DNA of 64,000 nucleotides, taken from assembly GCA_964016885.1 (NCBI GenBank), contig OZ024740.1:314836001-314900000 (forward strand). Reading direction: 5' to 3'. How positions within the stretch are numbered: position 1 is the first letter of the stretch; the number at the start of each line of letters is the position of its first letter. The notes under the pieces are model-generated. The model had not been told where the DNA came from, made no database searches, and saw only the letters and a program-made list of their open reading frames with translations. Positions 29,185 through 43,876 of this stretch are shown in pieces. The stretch comes from Eledone cirrhosa (Eukaryota). Position numbers and translations under genes: made by a program.

Positions 29185-29792
29185 CAGTGCCGGATTAACC
29201 TAGTAACAAGTTCAAGTGCAGCAAGTACATTTACTACGGGCCTCGTATTTTCATGACATCGCAATAAGATCTTTATACTAAGTCCTATTGGATGATCTGA
29301 CCAAATAGGTCGGCCCCACATGGCCCAATATGGCCAAATATGGCCAGAGATTGGAAGCGGTGGAGGTCAACCAGGGAAAGGTTGGGTTTCCTTCAACAGG
29401 AGTGATAAGGCCCTGGATTTTGGTCTAAGTCCTATTAGTGAAAGTGCGCAGCTTAGTGGTTAGGGTGTTTGGCTCACGATCGTAACGAGGTTGTGAGTTC
29501 GATTCGCGTTGTGTCCTTGGAGCAAAACACTTCATTTACGTTGCTCGAGTCCTTTCAGCTGGGAAAAATGAGTTATAACACATTGTGTCACGTTAAATAA
29601 CCCCGAGGAATACCTTAAGGGCGCACGTGTCTGTGGAATGCTCAGCCACTTACATATTAATTCCACGAGCAGGGAGTTTTGATGATTGAATCAACTAGAA
29701 CGCTCGTCGTCCTAGACGACAGAGAGCCAATAACATTAATACTATACTGCCTTTAACCTTTATAGGTTCCGGATTAACCTAATCCGGCACTG
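29185..29792. mobile_element. MITE-like element (TIR cagtgccggatta) containing a SINE S2 copy at about 29445-29730
   Basis: cagtgccggatta ... taatccggcactg. Confidence 0.55.
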
Positions 29793-30118
29793 TAACAGAC
29801 ATTATTTTCTCCAATTTTCTTCGTCTACTGCTATAAAAACCTCAACACCTTTGAATAAACAGTTGCTCCATGCGAAGATCCACCCGATTCACCCATCTTT
29901 CTACATCTTTACCCCTCCCCAAGTCTGCCCCCCCCCCCCTTTGTGCGATTATTTCTCCCAGATATGCATTCTCTCAGGAATTTCACTTTTGTTTCTGTTT
30001 TCCTTCGATATCTATCTATCTATAATTACTATCTACCGTATCTCTCTGTCTATATCTATAAATCTGTATGTATGTATGTATGTATGTATGTATTGTATTG
30101 TATGTATAGCTATTTATG

Positions 30119-30157
<39 letters not shown>

Positions 30158-30264
30158 GTTTGAGTATCTATCTAACTCTCTCCCTCTCTCCCCCTCTCTC
30201 TATACACACACACAACACACCACACACCACACCCACCCACACCCCCACACCACACCACACCCCC

Positions 30265-30312
<48 letters not shown>

Positions 30313-31094
30313 CTACTTATCTAGCTATCTGTTTCTTTAATTTACATGTGTGTGTCTTTCATTCATTTTTCATTTCTCTGGCAGCCGGTATATTTTCTTT
30401 TACCCTTTTCCCTTTCCTTTTACTTTCGTTCTATTTTTTTGCCTTCTTTTCTCCACCCACAACCCTCTCCTTCTTTATCAATCTCTCTTTCTCTTTCTCC
30501 CTCCCTCTCTCTCTCTCTTCACTATTTATCTCTCTTTCTCTTTCTGTTAATCTCAATCCTTCCATTTTTATTTTATTTTCCGTCTGTTGTTAACAATGTT
30601 GCTTGACTTTTCGTCATGAACTTCGTGGGTAGGTTTTAGAACTGGAAAAAAGGCTGACGACAGAGGTAACGTGGTTTGGGGGTCGGGGTAGGTGTGAGTC
30701 ACCATATCGGCTGCAAGTGTTATTCCTAGCCCAGACGAACACTGTTATGTCAAACTCATTTAAGTATATTTCATGTCTCGACATTAAAACCAGGACAAGT
30801 TAAGATAAAGCTGCAGACAGTGTTCAAATAATTTTTTCTGCCATCTAAATAATGTCACTAACTTGCAAAGTCAGCCGTTGGCTTTCTTTCCAATCTCTGC
30901 CATATATTTATATTGCAAATCTGATAAATGTCTATACTATAAATGCTGTTGTTTCATCTGTTTGTTGTTGTGTGTAGTCGTCTTCGTGATCATCATCATC
31001 ATCATCATCATCGATGCTGTCGTTTCATTTGTTTGTTGCGTGTAGTCGTCGTCGTCGACGTCGACATCATCATCATCATAAATGTTAACGTTAT

Positions 31095-31395
31095 TCCAAA
31101 GATTCTTCGGGGGAACCCCATTTAGGACGCTTGTATTCGCGATCGTATTCTTTCGGTTATTACCCATAGGTAAGGGTCAGCACGAATACCGAATTGAAGA
31201 TAGCGAGTTTGGCTTTTACACCTACCTACCTTCTGATTACCGAATGCTGAAGCTAGTACATTACTGCACCAGCTCCTGCAATTCTTTCCCTTAATTCAGC
31301 TTCCTGCCTTTCATCATTCGTGAACGCGTCTCCGAGATACTTCCCCACCTACTTCAGTGGAACTCCACTCACATTTAGAGTGCACTGCACAGGCA
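31095..31395 (-). mobile_element. RTE LINE RT C-terminal fragment
   Basis: Minus strand reads KYLGDAFTNDERQEAELRERIAGAGAVM. Confidence 0.6.
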
Positions 31396-31559
31396 CTCAA
31401 ATGATGTATTTTGACGCTGATTGATGGTCATAAAAGAATAGGCGCAAGACTCCTTCAGTTCTGGCAAGATTTTGCTGGAAATCTCTGAGACTAAACTGAA
31501 TGTACAGGCTGAAACTGAAAAGATTCAAGATAATAATAGAAGAAATAAAACAAATACTG

Positions 31560-34130
31560 CTAAGTAAATGAGGTTATGTACGAGATTTGTGGAGAGGGAA
31601 AGCCAATTTGAAGAATCTTGACTATTTTCATATAATCAAAAACAATTCTTTAGATACTTGATCGACGAAGAGGGTGACACATTTCCAACAGAGGAAGCTT
31701 TTAGACTGCTATTTGGGGAGTTCCCTAAATTACAATAGGGATACTAAGTGTATTCAAGAAATTGAGATTAGATTAGAAACTATAGCTCCAAAATATATAG
31801 ATATAAATAGAGACAAAATAAAAAGTGAAGCAAACAAGAAAGATGTCAAATTAGAAAATACTGGGTCCTGATGGGATCTAGAGATTCTGGTTGAAGAACA
31901 CCCTAATTTGCATGAGAAAATAGGACGTTTTGTAAGTGTTTCTTTATTGGAATAGTAACCAAATAGATGGTTGAAAAGAGAATAACTCTGATTATGAAAG
32001 ATAAGAATTGCAGTAGTTGGGAAATTATCGTGCGATGACGTGTTTAAATTTACTTTTGAAGTTCCTAACAGGAATATTCACTGTGCAACATCTCCTACAG
32101 AAGAAACAGATACCTGTAGATCAAAAAGGATGCCGAAAAGAGTATTACGGAACGAAATATCATTTCGTAATTGATATGGCAATCTTGTGAAATTGTAAGA
32201 AGTGAAGTGCCAACTTGTGTACACCATTAGTAAATTTTAAAAAGCCCATGACATGATACATTATTCGTGACGATTGGAGTGTATGACAATTTTTGGCATT
32301 GCTAAAATATTATATTATCATCATGACATCTAGTATGTCTGTTACATTGAAAGACAAAGCTATATCCTGGTGATAAAAAAATCTACGATCCCTCCGTATT
32401 AACCGAGGCATTTTCCAAGGAGATACTTTTTCTCTTTTGCTTTGTCTTGTCATTAATACCAATGTGAATGACATTACGTAGAACTGGGATTGAATATAAA
32501 CTTGGGAAGGAGGACGCAGAGATTAACCGCCTTCGATATGAACGATGTAACGTTGCTTGTTAAGTCGTAAAAATCAAATTGATACATATGTAAAGATTGT
32601 ATGCAATAGGAATGGAGTTTGGCAACTCAAAATCTGCCATAGTAAACTTGAAAAGAGGTAAGAAGACATGTAGTAGTATTCAGCTACCACCCGGAGAAAG
32701 TGTTAGGAATCCCGAAGAAAAGGGGTATAAATACCTGGGTATATTAAACTTGGTGGATTGGCAGTATCGGTAGAGGGTTGGGCGCCATGCTTTCCAGCAC
32801 AGAGTTACGTCCCTTTATGGTCTGAGTTTAAATCCCGCCGAGGTTAACTTTGCCTTTCATCCTTACGGGGTCGATAAAATAAAGTACCCGTAATGCACTG
32901 GGATAATTGCTGGCCTTATGCCAAAAGTAGAAACAATTATATCACAAACAGAAAGATAAAGATAAGTGTGAAAAAACATATTTAGTAATGTTTAAATTGT
33001 TATTGAACAGCAATCTGCGTTCCAGAGACCTAAGCTCAGCCACCAATAGCTGAGCTGTCGCAATGATACATTACAACTCTGCCATACTAGGTTAGAACTA
33101 AGAAGACGGTTTATGCTTTTGATAGGAATACAAAGCCATGCATCTTAGAGTAAGCATGATTCTCTTGTACACACAACGGAGGACTGGTGGGCGAGGGTGA
33201 CCAACATCAAAGAATATGTTGTCAACGAACGTTGATTGTTAGATTGGTATTTGGCAAGTTGCAATGAACTGTTCTTGTAATATGTTGCAGGAAGCAGCAG
33301 TCTCGTTAATTAGAGTATTGAGAACAATAATGTATACAAAGAGAGATTTATGACTGAAAAACTAAATAGATATTTTTTAAATATGGACCATTTGAAAGAG
33401 ATACGAAAACACCCAATAGTCATGAGATTGGTTGAGATAAGAAACCATGATCATGAAACTGAAAGCCTAATATTTGCGACTCAGAACCGCCTTTAACACA
33501 AATTCTATGAAAAGGAATATATATAATCAGACAGAATCGGACAAATGTAGGTTATGCAGTAAGAAAGTAGAGCATGCGACCCACATTATATATAATATAA
33601 TCAGACAGAATCGGACAAATGTAATTTATGTAGTAAGAAAGTAGAGCCTGTGACCCTTATTATATATATATAGTATAATTAGAAAAATCGGACAAGTATA
33701 ATTTATGTGGCAAGAAAGTAGAGCTTGTGACGCATCTTATAAGTGTATGTAAAATGCTTGCAGAGATAAACTAAAAGTTACATCTGCACTGGTGATTAGC
33801 AAAACAGTAAGGAGATGAAATAGGCCACAAATGGTACCGATATATATATAAGAAAGTGTTAGAAAATGAACCTGCAATAATCTTGTGGGATTTTAATATC
33901 CAAATAGATACAGAACGATAAAGTACCATCGACTGGATATTGTTGTGGCTGGGGAAAAGTATAAAAATGTTACGTCGTAGCTTTTTTCCATCCCAAGTGA
34001 CCACAACACGGCTAACAAGGAGTACGAGGAAAGTGGTAATTATTCGAATATTCGGTTGGAAATTTCAAGAATGTGGAACACACGAACTAAAAGCGACAAC
34101 ATACATCAACGAACTAAATATAGTACATAA
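31560..34130 (+). mobile_element. Heavily decayed R4/Dong-like non-LTR retrotransposon
   Basis: GPDGI, NYRAMTCLN, QKGCRK, INRGIFQGDTFS, IGMEFG, GYKYLG, CRLCSKKVEH (segment triplicated at about 33520-33740), ILWDFNIQ. SINE S1 is inserted at 32753-32940. Confidence 0.75.
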
Positions 34131-35968
34131 CAGTGTACATTGAGAGAAACTGACGCTTATAGTAACTGTCAACAACCTTCATAAAGTACTTTCTGTCTGA
34201 GATCATATGTCTTAACAAACGAAGAAGAAGGGAGCTGCATGCGATGGAGACAACCTAATATATATTCAATTAAGAGCCTAATCCATGTTATAAGAGGAAT
34301 AATAATAACAACAATGATAATAGTAGGGTTTACAAAAAAGCATAGTAAGGATAGTACAGACAGTTCTATAAGATACAGTGTGACTTTATGGAAACGTGGG
34401 AAAACGAGAAATAACAAAAGCAAAACAAAAGAGACAACAAAATTAAAACAAAGATAATTCCTCATAGGAGATACTTCCAAGGGCCACTCGTTAAAAAAAA
34501 CCCTTAGAAAGCCACGGTCACTCTGACCATTAAGGCAAGTGTCTTTTCCCAGTTGTCCTCTTCCAATCATTCAGAGTATCCTCGCCACTCTCATCCATTT
34601 TTCAACAAATATGCTGGAAGGCAGTATTTCCCTCTCCATCTTCAATTTCCTTGAAAAGATCTGTCAGAGTTAGGCCAAAGAGAAAAGTATTTGTCTTCAT
34701 TCACAGGTGTGTTTCATTCACAAGGAGGGAAATCTGTGTCCTTTGTAACTCCCGACCTATCTCTTCATATGTTAAATTCTAAATTTTCGGTCGCTAGCGT
34801 TATTCATATGTCAGCTCACGCTTATAACCAGAGACTACAAAAACTTCCTATAATAAGATAATAAGGGACATAACATTCCTGTCTTCTTTAGCATTGCCAT
34901 AATAGCTACACATTAAAGAAACGGTCTTGCAACTGATTCTGAGAACTACGTCAAGCGTACATGTGTCTGTGGAATGCTCAGCCACTTGCACGTTAATTTA
35001 ATGAGCAGGCTTTTCCGTTGATCGAATCCACTGGAACGCTTGTCGTCGTCAAAACTGATAGAGTACTAGTTATATCTCTACTATAATGGTATCTGTTCCT
35101 CTAACATAGCAAGCTTCAACCCCCCTCAACGAAAGCTACTCAGCACATTCAGCCCATCTTTGTCGCTTTTTCTCATCATCTATACTGTATATCCCCACTT
35201 TAATCTTACACTAAACACTTTCCTTAGTTATTCTATCCCAGAATTTCAGTACGCTGGAATTTGCTCTCCACCTACATTTTCTTGATTACATCCGACCTAC
35301 AGATGTTCAGAATTAATGCCAACGACTATCTTGGAAGGAATGCAAAGATATTGAACTTTTTTTGTCTTCCTCTAACTGATATAAAAACGTCAGAAGTGGA
35401 AGTGAAAATCATGCGATAAACATGAGAACAGGAATATCTGGGTGATTGTAGCACTCACTAGGGTGGGAATATCTGGGCAAGATTAGAGTGAACAAGGTTC
35501 ACTCGATTTCCGAATGGATATAAGATAAAATTGATGCCAATGGAATGCAATTATCTTCTTTGCATTACCTCCCATCATATTTCGGTGGTCTTATTCGCAC
35601 CAGTCACCAATCTGGTACTTTCTCAAACCCGCGAAGACTACACTTTTTAGAGGCAGCCTTTACTCGCCTTGTCATAACTACATCACTGGGTTGTGCGTGT
35701 TTTCTTGGGAGATGTCATCCATAGCTTCACTCCCAACCCTAGTAGTTTGCCACTGTTGGTTCGGGGTTGCTTATTCGTCCAGAAACTGCGGACATATATC
35801 GCAACTGACATTCATATCTTTGTTGTTGGGGCCACCAACAACAGTCAATGCTGTGTATGTCATTCCTTTAATAGTGAAGTTTTATAAAATACCATTGTTA
35901 TATTGATTTGTTTGATATAAAACAAAAACGTGAAATACTAATATCTGACTTTGTTTTATTTGTTTCAG

Positions 35969-36600
35969 ATTGTGCAGCTATTTATAATGACGGTCATAAA
36001 GTATCAGGAGTTTACAAAATACAACCAGATGGATTAACTTGCAGTTTAGCTGTTTGGTGTGATATGGAGACAGATGGTGGTGGATGGTTGTTATTTCAAC
36101 GACGAGTTGATGGTACTGAAAATTTTAATCGTAAATGGTTGGATTACAAAGTTGGTTTTGGCGATGTTAGCAATGAGTTCTGGTTAGGGAATAACAATAT
36201 ATTCATCCTCAGCAATCAGAAAGCATACGAACTGAGAATTGACTTGTGGGATTTCAATGGAAACCGTGCCTATGCGAAGTATCAAAGCTTTAAGATCGAA
36301 GGAGAACGAGACAAGTATAGGCTTCACGTGTCGACCTACAGTGGAACTGCACGTAACAGCTTCTACTTGCATAATTACGCCTTCTTCAGTACAATGGACA
36401 GAGATAATGATAAACACTCTCGTGTGAATTGTGCATCACAATGGGATGGTGGTTGGTGGTTTACAAATTGTTGGCGGGCTATGCTTAACGGATTATATCA
36501 TCGTAAATCGTCTGCCAAATTCCGTGGTATATCATGGAACAGTTGGAAATATGAACAACTAAAGGGTACTGAAATGAAGATCAGACCCTTGGATCATTAA
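35969..36600 (+). CDS. Terminal coding exon of a fibrinogen-related domain (FReD) protein (ficolin/angiopoietin-like C-terminal domain)
   Basis: Acceptor ttttatttgtttcag|AT; DCAAIY..SGVYKI..WCDMETDGGGWLLFQRRVDGTENFNRKWLDYKVGFG..EFWLGN..FSTMDRDND..GGWWFTNC..EMKIRP; intact to the TAA. Upstream exons were not identified. Confidence 0.92.
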
Positions 36601-36692
36601 TTACATTCTAATTAGGACCTGTCTAAATTGAATGCTACACGCACACATACACACACATGCATACATAAATATAAACACTCTGTATATGAAAG

Positions 36693-37028
36693 CAAAGTTA
36701 GCCTCGGCGGGATTTGAACTCAGTTACGTCCCTTTATGGTCTGAGTTCAAATCCCGCCGAGGTTAACTTTGCCTTTCATCCTTACGGGGTCGATAAAATA
36801 AAGTACCAGAAATACACTGGGATAATTGCTGGCCTTGTGCCAAAAGTAGAAACAATTATTTAGAGGGTCGGACGCCATGTTTTCCAGCATAGTTACGTCC
36901 CTTTACGGTCTAAGTTCAAATCCCGCCGAGGTTAACTTTGCCTTTCATCCTTACGGGGTCGATAAAATAAAGTACCAGTAATGCACTGGGATAATTGCTG
37001 GCCTTGTGCCAAATGTAGAAACAATTAT
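36693..37028 (+). mobile_element. Two tandem SINE S1 copies with a short 5' inverted fragment
   Basis: Inverted fragment gcctcggcgggatttgaactcag, then copies at 36722-36859 and 36861-37028. Confidence 0.8.
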
Positions 37029-37221
37029 TATATTTTTGATTTCATGTTCTTTCTTTGACGTCATCTTTTACTAAAAAAAGGTTAAAGTAGTAGTGTTTGT
37101 CTCTTTTATAATTTTTATTTATATTCAGCTTATTGCATTTCTAAACCAGAGAGGCCACCTTCTCTGTGGTTGGTTATAGTGGTTTGTGACTAAATATATT
37201 GGAATATATTTGAAGCAACTA

Positions 37222-37567
37222 CAGTGGAACCTCGGTTCACGACTTAATTCGATCTTGAAGGCCGTTTGTCACCCGAAAAGTTCGTAAACCGAAACTATTT
37301 ATTCCATACGAAATATTGAGAGAAATACAGTGAGAGAGAGAGAGAGAGAGACTGTGTGAATGACAAATAGATATTACCACAGTAATTAATTACACAACAA
37401 GTGACGCTTTCCCGTCGATATTCTTAGCTTGTCACCAACCGTTGTTGCCGGCTTGCGTGTTCGTTACTCGAGACACTGTTTATCACACAAGGCGTTTTAT
37501 TTCGGAAAAATCGTTCGTCAACCGATTTGTTCGTGATGAGAATCGTTCATGAACGAAGGTTCCACTG
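37222..37567. mobile_element. Tigger/pogo-like MITE
   Basis: ta|cagtggaacctcggttcacga ... tcatgaacgaaggttccactg, with internal gttcgt subrepeats. Confidence 0.8.
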
Positions 37568-38277
37568 CATGTTAATATGGAATATGGAAATTTTAAAGCT
37601 TACTAAAGAACCAAATTCTCCGATGAAAGAAATAAGTGAGATTTCAAAAAGGAATCAAAACTTCGGATTGCAGAGCAAATAAATTGTAATGGCAAAGAGT
37701 AGATTTATTTGAATATTAGTAATTATACTGGCAGTAAAAGATGAAACAATCTTCTGAACATACTTTAGTTTAATCACACAAGATTTATAGAGTTACATGT
37801 TAATTTAGCTAATAATCTAGATACATAATACAGAACTGTCAACTTTCCCCGTCCGACGGGGAGATCACCCACCCACTATGGGATGGGTGAGCGATGTCTT
37901 CTCTTGTGAAAATGGGTATAGCTTTCATTATGTAAAATCTCCCCATTTTGCCTCATTTCTCCCCGTTTTGGAGCACTTTTTTTCATGGTATTCCCCGTTT
38001 GGATTTTTAAATGTTGGCAGTCTAGTAATATCTAAATGAAAACAACTAGTGGAAGATGCTGATTGTTCCATGACGCCGCCACATCAAAAAGGAAGACAAA
38101 ACAAATAAATATAACAATATCATTCTATTTTGTTTTTCTCTACTGTGAGACATCTGAAAATCTCTTAATTATTGTGTAATTACCATTAGTGTATTGTACT
38201 CTCCGACAAACCACTCAGCTATAATTACTTCAAACAGAGTCACAATAAACATTTTATCAAAGGTTACAACAACTATA

Positions 38278-38677
38278 CGAGGTTCGGCTGAAAGGTTCAT
38301 AGGCTGACCAAGATACTCTCATGGAATGACCTAATAAGGTTTATTTTTCAACATAGTTCCTAGAAGGAAACAATGCCATTGTTAATAAGAAGAAGGTTTG
38401 GCAGTATCCGTAGAGCGTCAGACACCATGCTTTGCAGTATAGATTTATGGCCCTTTACGTTCTGAGTTCAAATCCCGCCGAGGTTAATTTTGCTTTTCAT
38501 CCTTACGGGGTCGGTCGATAAAATAAAGTACCAGTAATGCACTGGGGTAATTGCTGGCCTTGTGCCAAAAGTAGAAACAATTATTAATAAGAAGAGTTGA
38601 AATGAATGAATGCAAGATTTCACAGCACTAGCATCACTCCTTCATGGTCAGCCTATGAACTTTTCAGCCCACCCTCG
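38278..38677. mobile_element. Mariner MITE carrying a nested SINE S1 (38398-38585)
   Basis: ta|cgaggttcggctgaaaggttcataggctgacca ... tggtcagcctatgaacttttcagcccaccctcg|ta. The SINE TSD is ttaataagaaga. Confidence 0.8.
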
Positions 38678-38799
38678 TATACAATTAAGATACAATGAGG
38701 GTAAGCTGATATTATTCAGAGTAACGTTATGACTTTAAACTACTCATTTTTTTTTTCACAGAAATTTACTCGCTGAAAATAATTTAGAATGGAAAGCAT

Positions 38800-38986
38800 T
38801 AATTGTTTCTACGTTTGGCACAAGGCCAGCAATTACCCAGAGCATTACTGGTACTTTATTTTATCGACCCCGTAAGGATGAAAGGCAAAGTTAACCTCGG
38901 CGGGATTTGAACTCAGAACGGCAAGGGCCGTAACTTTATACGTCAAAGCATAGCGTCCGACCCTCTACCGATACTGCCAATCCACT
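38800..38986 (-). mobile_element. SINE S1
   Basis: Reverse complement of the consensus, with TSD-like tggaaa.cattaat. Confidence 0.85.
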
Positions 38987-39149
38987 ACCCTGGAAATCAT
39001 TAATAATACTGATTTGTAAAGGAGTTTGGCGGCGAAGTAGCATGGAGCTATCTGGGGTTTTCGTTCTATCTACGATCTGGGTTCAAATCCCACTAAGATA
39101 AATTTTGCCTTTCATCTTTTCAAGATCATCCAGGCTTGACTCTGCGCCA

Positions 39150-39481
39150 GACTTATGCCCCCCACCCCCATCGCCAGATTTTAATCCGCTTGACTATTTT
39201 CGGGGGCGTCTTAGAGATGGAGGTGAGCTGCAGGCCCTACAACACCAAGGAGGTGCCTAAGGCAGCCATCAGCGACGCCGTCATGAGGGCCTGCTCCAGG
39301 TTATGGTCCCGCCTGGAGAAAGTGGTGGCCGCCGATGGTAGCTAAATTGAGTGATTTTTGTACCTTATATATGTGCCTAACTGTGTATAAAGTTTCATTG
39401 AAATATATTAATTTTTTAAATATAAAAAACGCTGCTTTTATAATCCATTATTTTTTCCGGATTTATCTGCGCCATACTGTA
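39150..39481 (+). mobile_element. Mariner (DD37D-like) transposase 3' remnant with right TIR
   Basis: PPPSPDFNPLDY, then RACSRLWSRLEKVVAADG; ends gccatactg|ta. Confidence 0.65.
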
Positions 39482-39695
39482 AGCCCCTAGGACTCCATCA
39501 AAATTTAAGGGCTCACATTAGTGTTCATGATATTGGCTCAAGGATACACATTCTGGCTGGAGAGTATATTCGATCGATCTAAATAGGTTGAAAGGCAAAG
39601 TTTACCTTGGCTGGATTCGAAATCCTGTCGTGGAGAAGTGAAACAAAATACGGCATGGTATTTTCTTTGCTAACCAGTGACAAATGTTCTAACAA

Positions 39696-39903
39696 GAGTT
39701 ACGGCCCTTTATGTTCAGAGTTCAAATCCCGCCGAGGTTAACTTTGCCTTTCATCCTTACGGGGTCGATAAAGTACCAGTAATACACTGAGATAATTGGT
39801 GGCCTTGTGCCAAAAGTAGAAACAATTATTTTTAGCGTTTTCTGCTAACTTATGGTTTTCTTTAACTGTTTAACCCTTATTCTTTCCGTGTAGGAATAGT
39901 ATA

Positions 39904-39978
<75 letters not shown>

Positions 39979-40495
39979 TATATATATATAATGTTTCGAT
40001 ACAGTTAGAAACACGACTCTTTCATTCAGAATGTTTATATATTAGTTAATATCTAGGTTATATTCTCTGGAGTGTAGATTCGCAATTAACGCGAGAAAAC
40101 AAATTATACACCCGTGCAATTAATTAATTCCATATACAAGCGTAATCCTAGACAGGTTCTAAAGTAATAGTAGAATTGTATTTCTTAGGGAGGATATTTG
40201 AGTTTTGATGTCTCAATGAAACTGGGTGACATCTAAAGAAAATCGTCTAAGTGACAACAATTGTGAGGTCTCACAATCTTTAATCACCGTCCCTGGCCAC
40301 TTTATAGATAATTGTTTCTACTTTAGGCACAAGGCCAGCAATTACCCAGTACATTACTGGTACTTTATTTTATCGACTCCCGTAAGGATGAAAGGCAAAG
40401 TTGACCTCTGCGGGATTTGAACTCAGAATGGAAAGGGCCGTAATTTTATGCGTCAAAGCATGGCGTCCGACCCTCCACCGATACTGCCAATCCAC
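39696..40495. mobile_element. Two SINE S1 copies (39696-39829 plus; 40308-40495 minus, TSD ctttatagataat)
   Basis: Matches to the consensus. Confidence 0.8.
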
Positions 40496-42989
40496 AGCCC
40501 TTTATAGATAATAATAGCTTTATTAGCTTATACAGAAACTACGTAATATGGCAGCTGCAACTTGATAACGTCTGTCTTATCCTCGTTGTGGCTGTTGCTG
40601 TCCGTGTTCGGTTTGCCGAGTTTGGGAAGGTAGGCGTTCCGCGTTCGTTCTGCCGAATTTGGAGGGCGGATCGCGGCCTGGTTTAGCATGAGTCATAAGT
40701 GCAGGTTGGGGTTCTGCTTAGGGTGTTTGCCCAGTGTTTTGTGGACAGATTGGAGCAATAACGGTTTTATTTACGTATATATGTATATAATATCCCGCCC
40801 TTCTATGCAAGTAAATATTTCAGTTCTGAGGAGTTGTTGGGCCTCTACATAGCTCAACTAAGACTCACAATGAAGTATAGCTCCCACAGATGCAAACATC
40901 CTAGACTAACCTGAAAAGAAAGTCATCCAATTGATTTATAAAGATTACTCAGCAAAAGGACATAATCACTGGCTCTCACTAACGGGCTCTGTCCCTCTGA
41001 ACTAAGTAGCTTCCATCTAGGCTCACTTGACCTATCTGTCTCTTCACCCCATGTCATCTATACTGTGTCTCACATTTCAGACACGTCTAGCCAATTTCTG
41101 AATTCTCTCCTTTCCGAGAAGTCCATTTTCTGGAATTCCCTTCACTACCAATTGTTCCCGCATATGTTAATTTACAGATATTCAAACTGATCGCACGTGA
41201 TTATAATGGCCGCTCTCAACCTCTGACCAAACCACTAAAATAATCAACTGTTGGATATCGTTGGAATAGAAGGGGCACCGTTTTGACACACGGTGTGTCT
41301 TAGTCATTTAAACCTGGAGGAGTTCATCTCTCTCCCGCTTTGAACATCGTCGATTTCTTATAAAGTAAGAGAAAAAATCGGCTCTTGTTTTCGACTGGTA
41401 CATTGTTCAACGGTTTCGAAAGGCTGAAAGGCAAATTTGATCCTGGCGGGATTTAAACTTGAAGCGTAGTGAGTCGGAACAAATACCGAGGCAGTCTTTG
41501 ACCCGATGCCCTAACGGCTCAATTCGCCACTTTCACAACTATTAATGTAGATATGTAAATTTGTGTTACACAGTAGAACATATGAAACAACTAATTCATG
41601 AAAACCTGAGTGGCTTTGATTGACTTGAAATGCAACGGGGTTGAAATTGCGATTCTTTCGTAGATGGATTTGAGGTTCTCTTTAGGGGATTATAATTATA
41701 GAGCAACGTTACAAACATTTCTTATATAGAATTAATTAATACCTATGATCCATTGAGTGTTATGTATTTTTTACATTTACAAAAATGTTTTATCTAAACA
41801 AATAAAAAAGGAGAAAGAAAAATCTATAAATAAAAGGTAAACATTTTCATTTCTAATTCCAACGGTAAGTAAGATGTTTGTACCTAAATCATAGGTCACA
41901 ACATTCACATTAAAGATCCACCAGCTAGATATCTCAATAAGATATTTGGATCAACTGGTCACCACCTTGCTCTAGGATCAGGCATGGGCAACCCTTTTCG
42001 AGCAGTGAACCGCATAGGATATGGTTCATCAAAAGGCTAGCCGCACCATTAAAAGATTCAAGGTAATTTTGAAATTAGGCGTGTTATTCAGAAAGCTGAA
42101 CGGACCACAGTTTAGCCACGATTACTCTAGATAAATAACATTTGTATCTTCTCTAGTAACTTCCCTTTAACTCAGTGGTTACTCTCTGGACCCCAATAAT
42201 CGTCATCCATCTCCATCGCTTATTAATTTTTCAGATTTTTTTCACCCTCCCCTCGTTTATTAAATTCTGTTAGTCTATCTCCAGCAAAATTTTAATTTAA
42301 GTATTCTCATTATTGTGACAACTAATTTTCTTTATATATTAAAAAAACATTATACATGTCCAAAAGAAGTACATTACTAGAAATCCCATACGTTAGAGAA
42401 CTAATAGGATGGGTTGGTATCTCAATATGTAAATTAAACGACTAATTCTGTTTTTTTTTTTTAAATCAACGGAGACAACCTAGAAAAATAAATTTTCCAC
42501 CACTCTCCGCTTATTCCGATCAGCCCCAGCTTATTCCAACTCTCTCGCTTATCCCCCCCCCCCCGGTTATTCCACCCCACCCTTATTATTTGGGATATTT
42601 GAATAAACCTGTAAATTATGAAAACTATAATTGGTATCAGTAGAACACAAAGCGCTGCAACTAAATACCGCAACTCATTTTGTTTAACACTCAATTGATT
42701 CTGCCAATCAACTAAACTTACTGACGCAACGAAACGAACATTTTCTTAATTACTTCCCTTGGATACAAATATTCATAAAAATGCTTTAGAGTAGCTTCCC
42801 TTGGTTACGAAAACTTGTTTACACAGCTAAACGTTTAATTATTTGGTGCTTCTTTTCCAGTCTCTTTGTTAAACGTATGTTTTATTTTATGTTTATATAT
42901 TTATTGTGTTGGAATATCAAATGTAGACATAAATTTATTGATTTTCGAAAGAAGCGGACGGAATCTATATGACATGACATTAGATATAA

Positions 42990-43530
42990 TTTCTTCTTCT
43001 TCTTCTTCTTCTTCTTCTTCTTCTTCTTCTTCTTCTTCTTCTTCTTCTTCTTCTTCTTCTACCACTTATTCCTGAGAGGGTCGTGGGGGCAGAGTCCTCA
43101 AACACTCCTTCCAGTGGGTCCTGTCAGATGCAACCGTCTCCAACTGATCCGGCTGGATCCTCAAGTGTGACCAGCCAAATTCATGGATGTTATCCAACCA
43201 TCTTGCTGGTGGTCTATCCCCAGGTCTCCTGCCGGTTGGTTCTGCCCGTAAAATTTGTCCATCGATTCTTTCCATTAGAGAATAGCTTGCTGATCTCCTA
43301 AACATGATCACAACAGCATCTTCGGATGTACACGAGGTGCACCTGGGGCCGGTGACTAATCTATCAGAGGCTGAGGTCACAAGAGCATTTAAAGAGCGCA
43401 AATGTGGCAAAGCCGGCGGGGAAGATGAAATTCGTCCCGAGATGTTAAAAGATTTAAATAGAGAAGGTATTCTTTGGCTGACTCGTGTGTGGCGGGTGGC
43501 CTGACAATGGCAATCGGGAGTGATAATCCC
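42990..43530. mobile_element. RTE LINE pieces: minus-strand 3' end with (GAA)n tail (42990-43270) and plus-strand internal piece (43295-43530)
   Basis: PTGRRPGDRPPARWLDNI..WKECL and EAEVTRAF..GKAGGEDEIRPEMLK. Confidence 0.75.
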
Positions 43531-43724
43531 AATTTTCATTAGATATAACATAAATAGTGGAGACCGATTCGTATGTAACACAATAATTGTTGAAATTATA
43601 AAAAAAAATAATTAAAAAACGGATTTTTTTTCCATTTGTATCCAAATGATCGAGAACCTCTCTTGTTCCCCCTCTAGAAGCCTACCCATAGCTAACTTCG
43701 TAAAAGTTATTCTATATATATATA

Positions 43725-43792
<68 letters not shown>

Positions 43793-43805
43793 TGTGTATG
43801 TATGC

Positions 43806-43876
<71 letters not shown>

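Noticed and set aside
39990-40033. Minus-strand CTGAATGA...CGAAACAT next to (TA)n
   Set aside because: The core has an extra base, stem II pairs poorly and the 3' part is missing. At most it is a relic.
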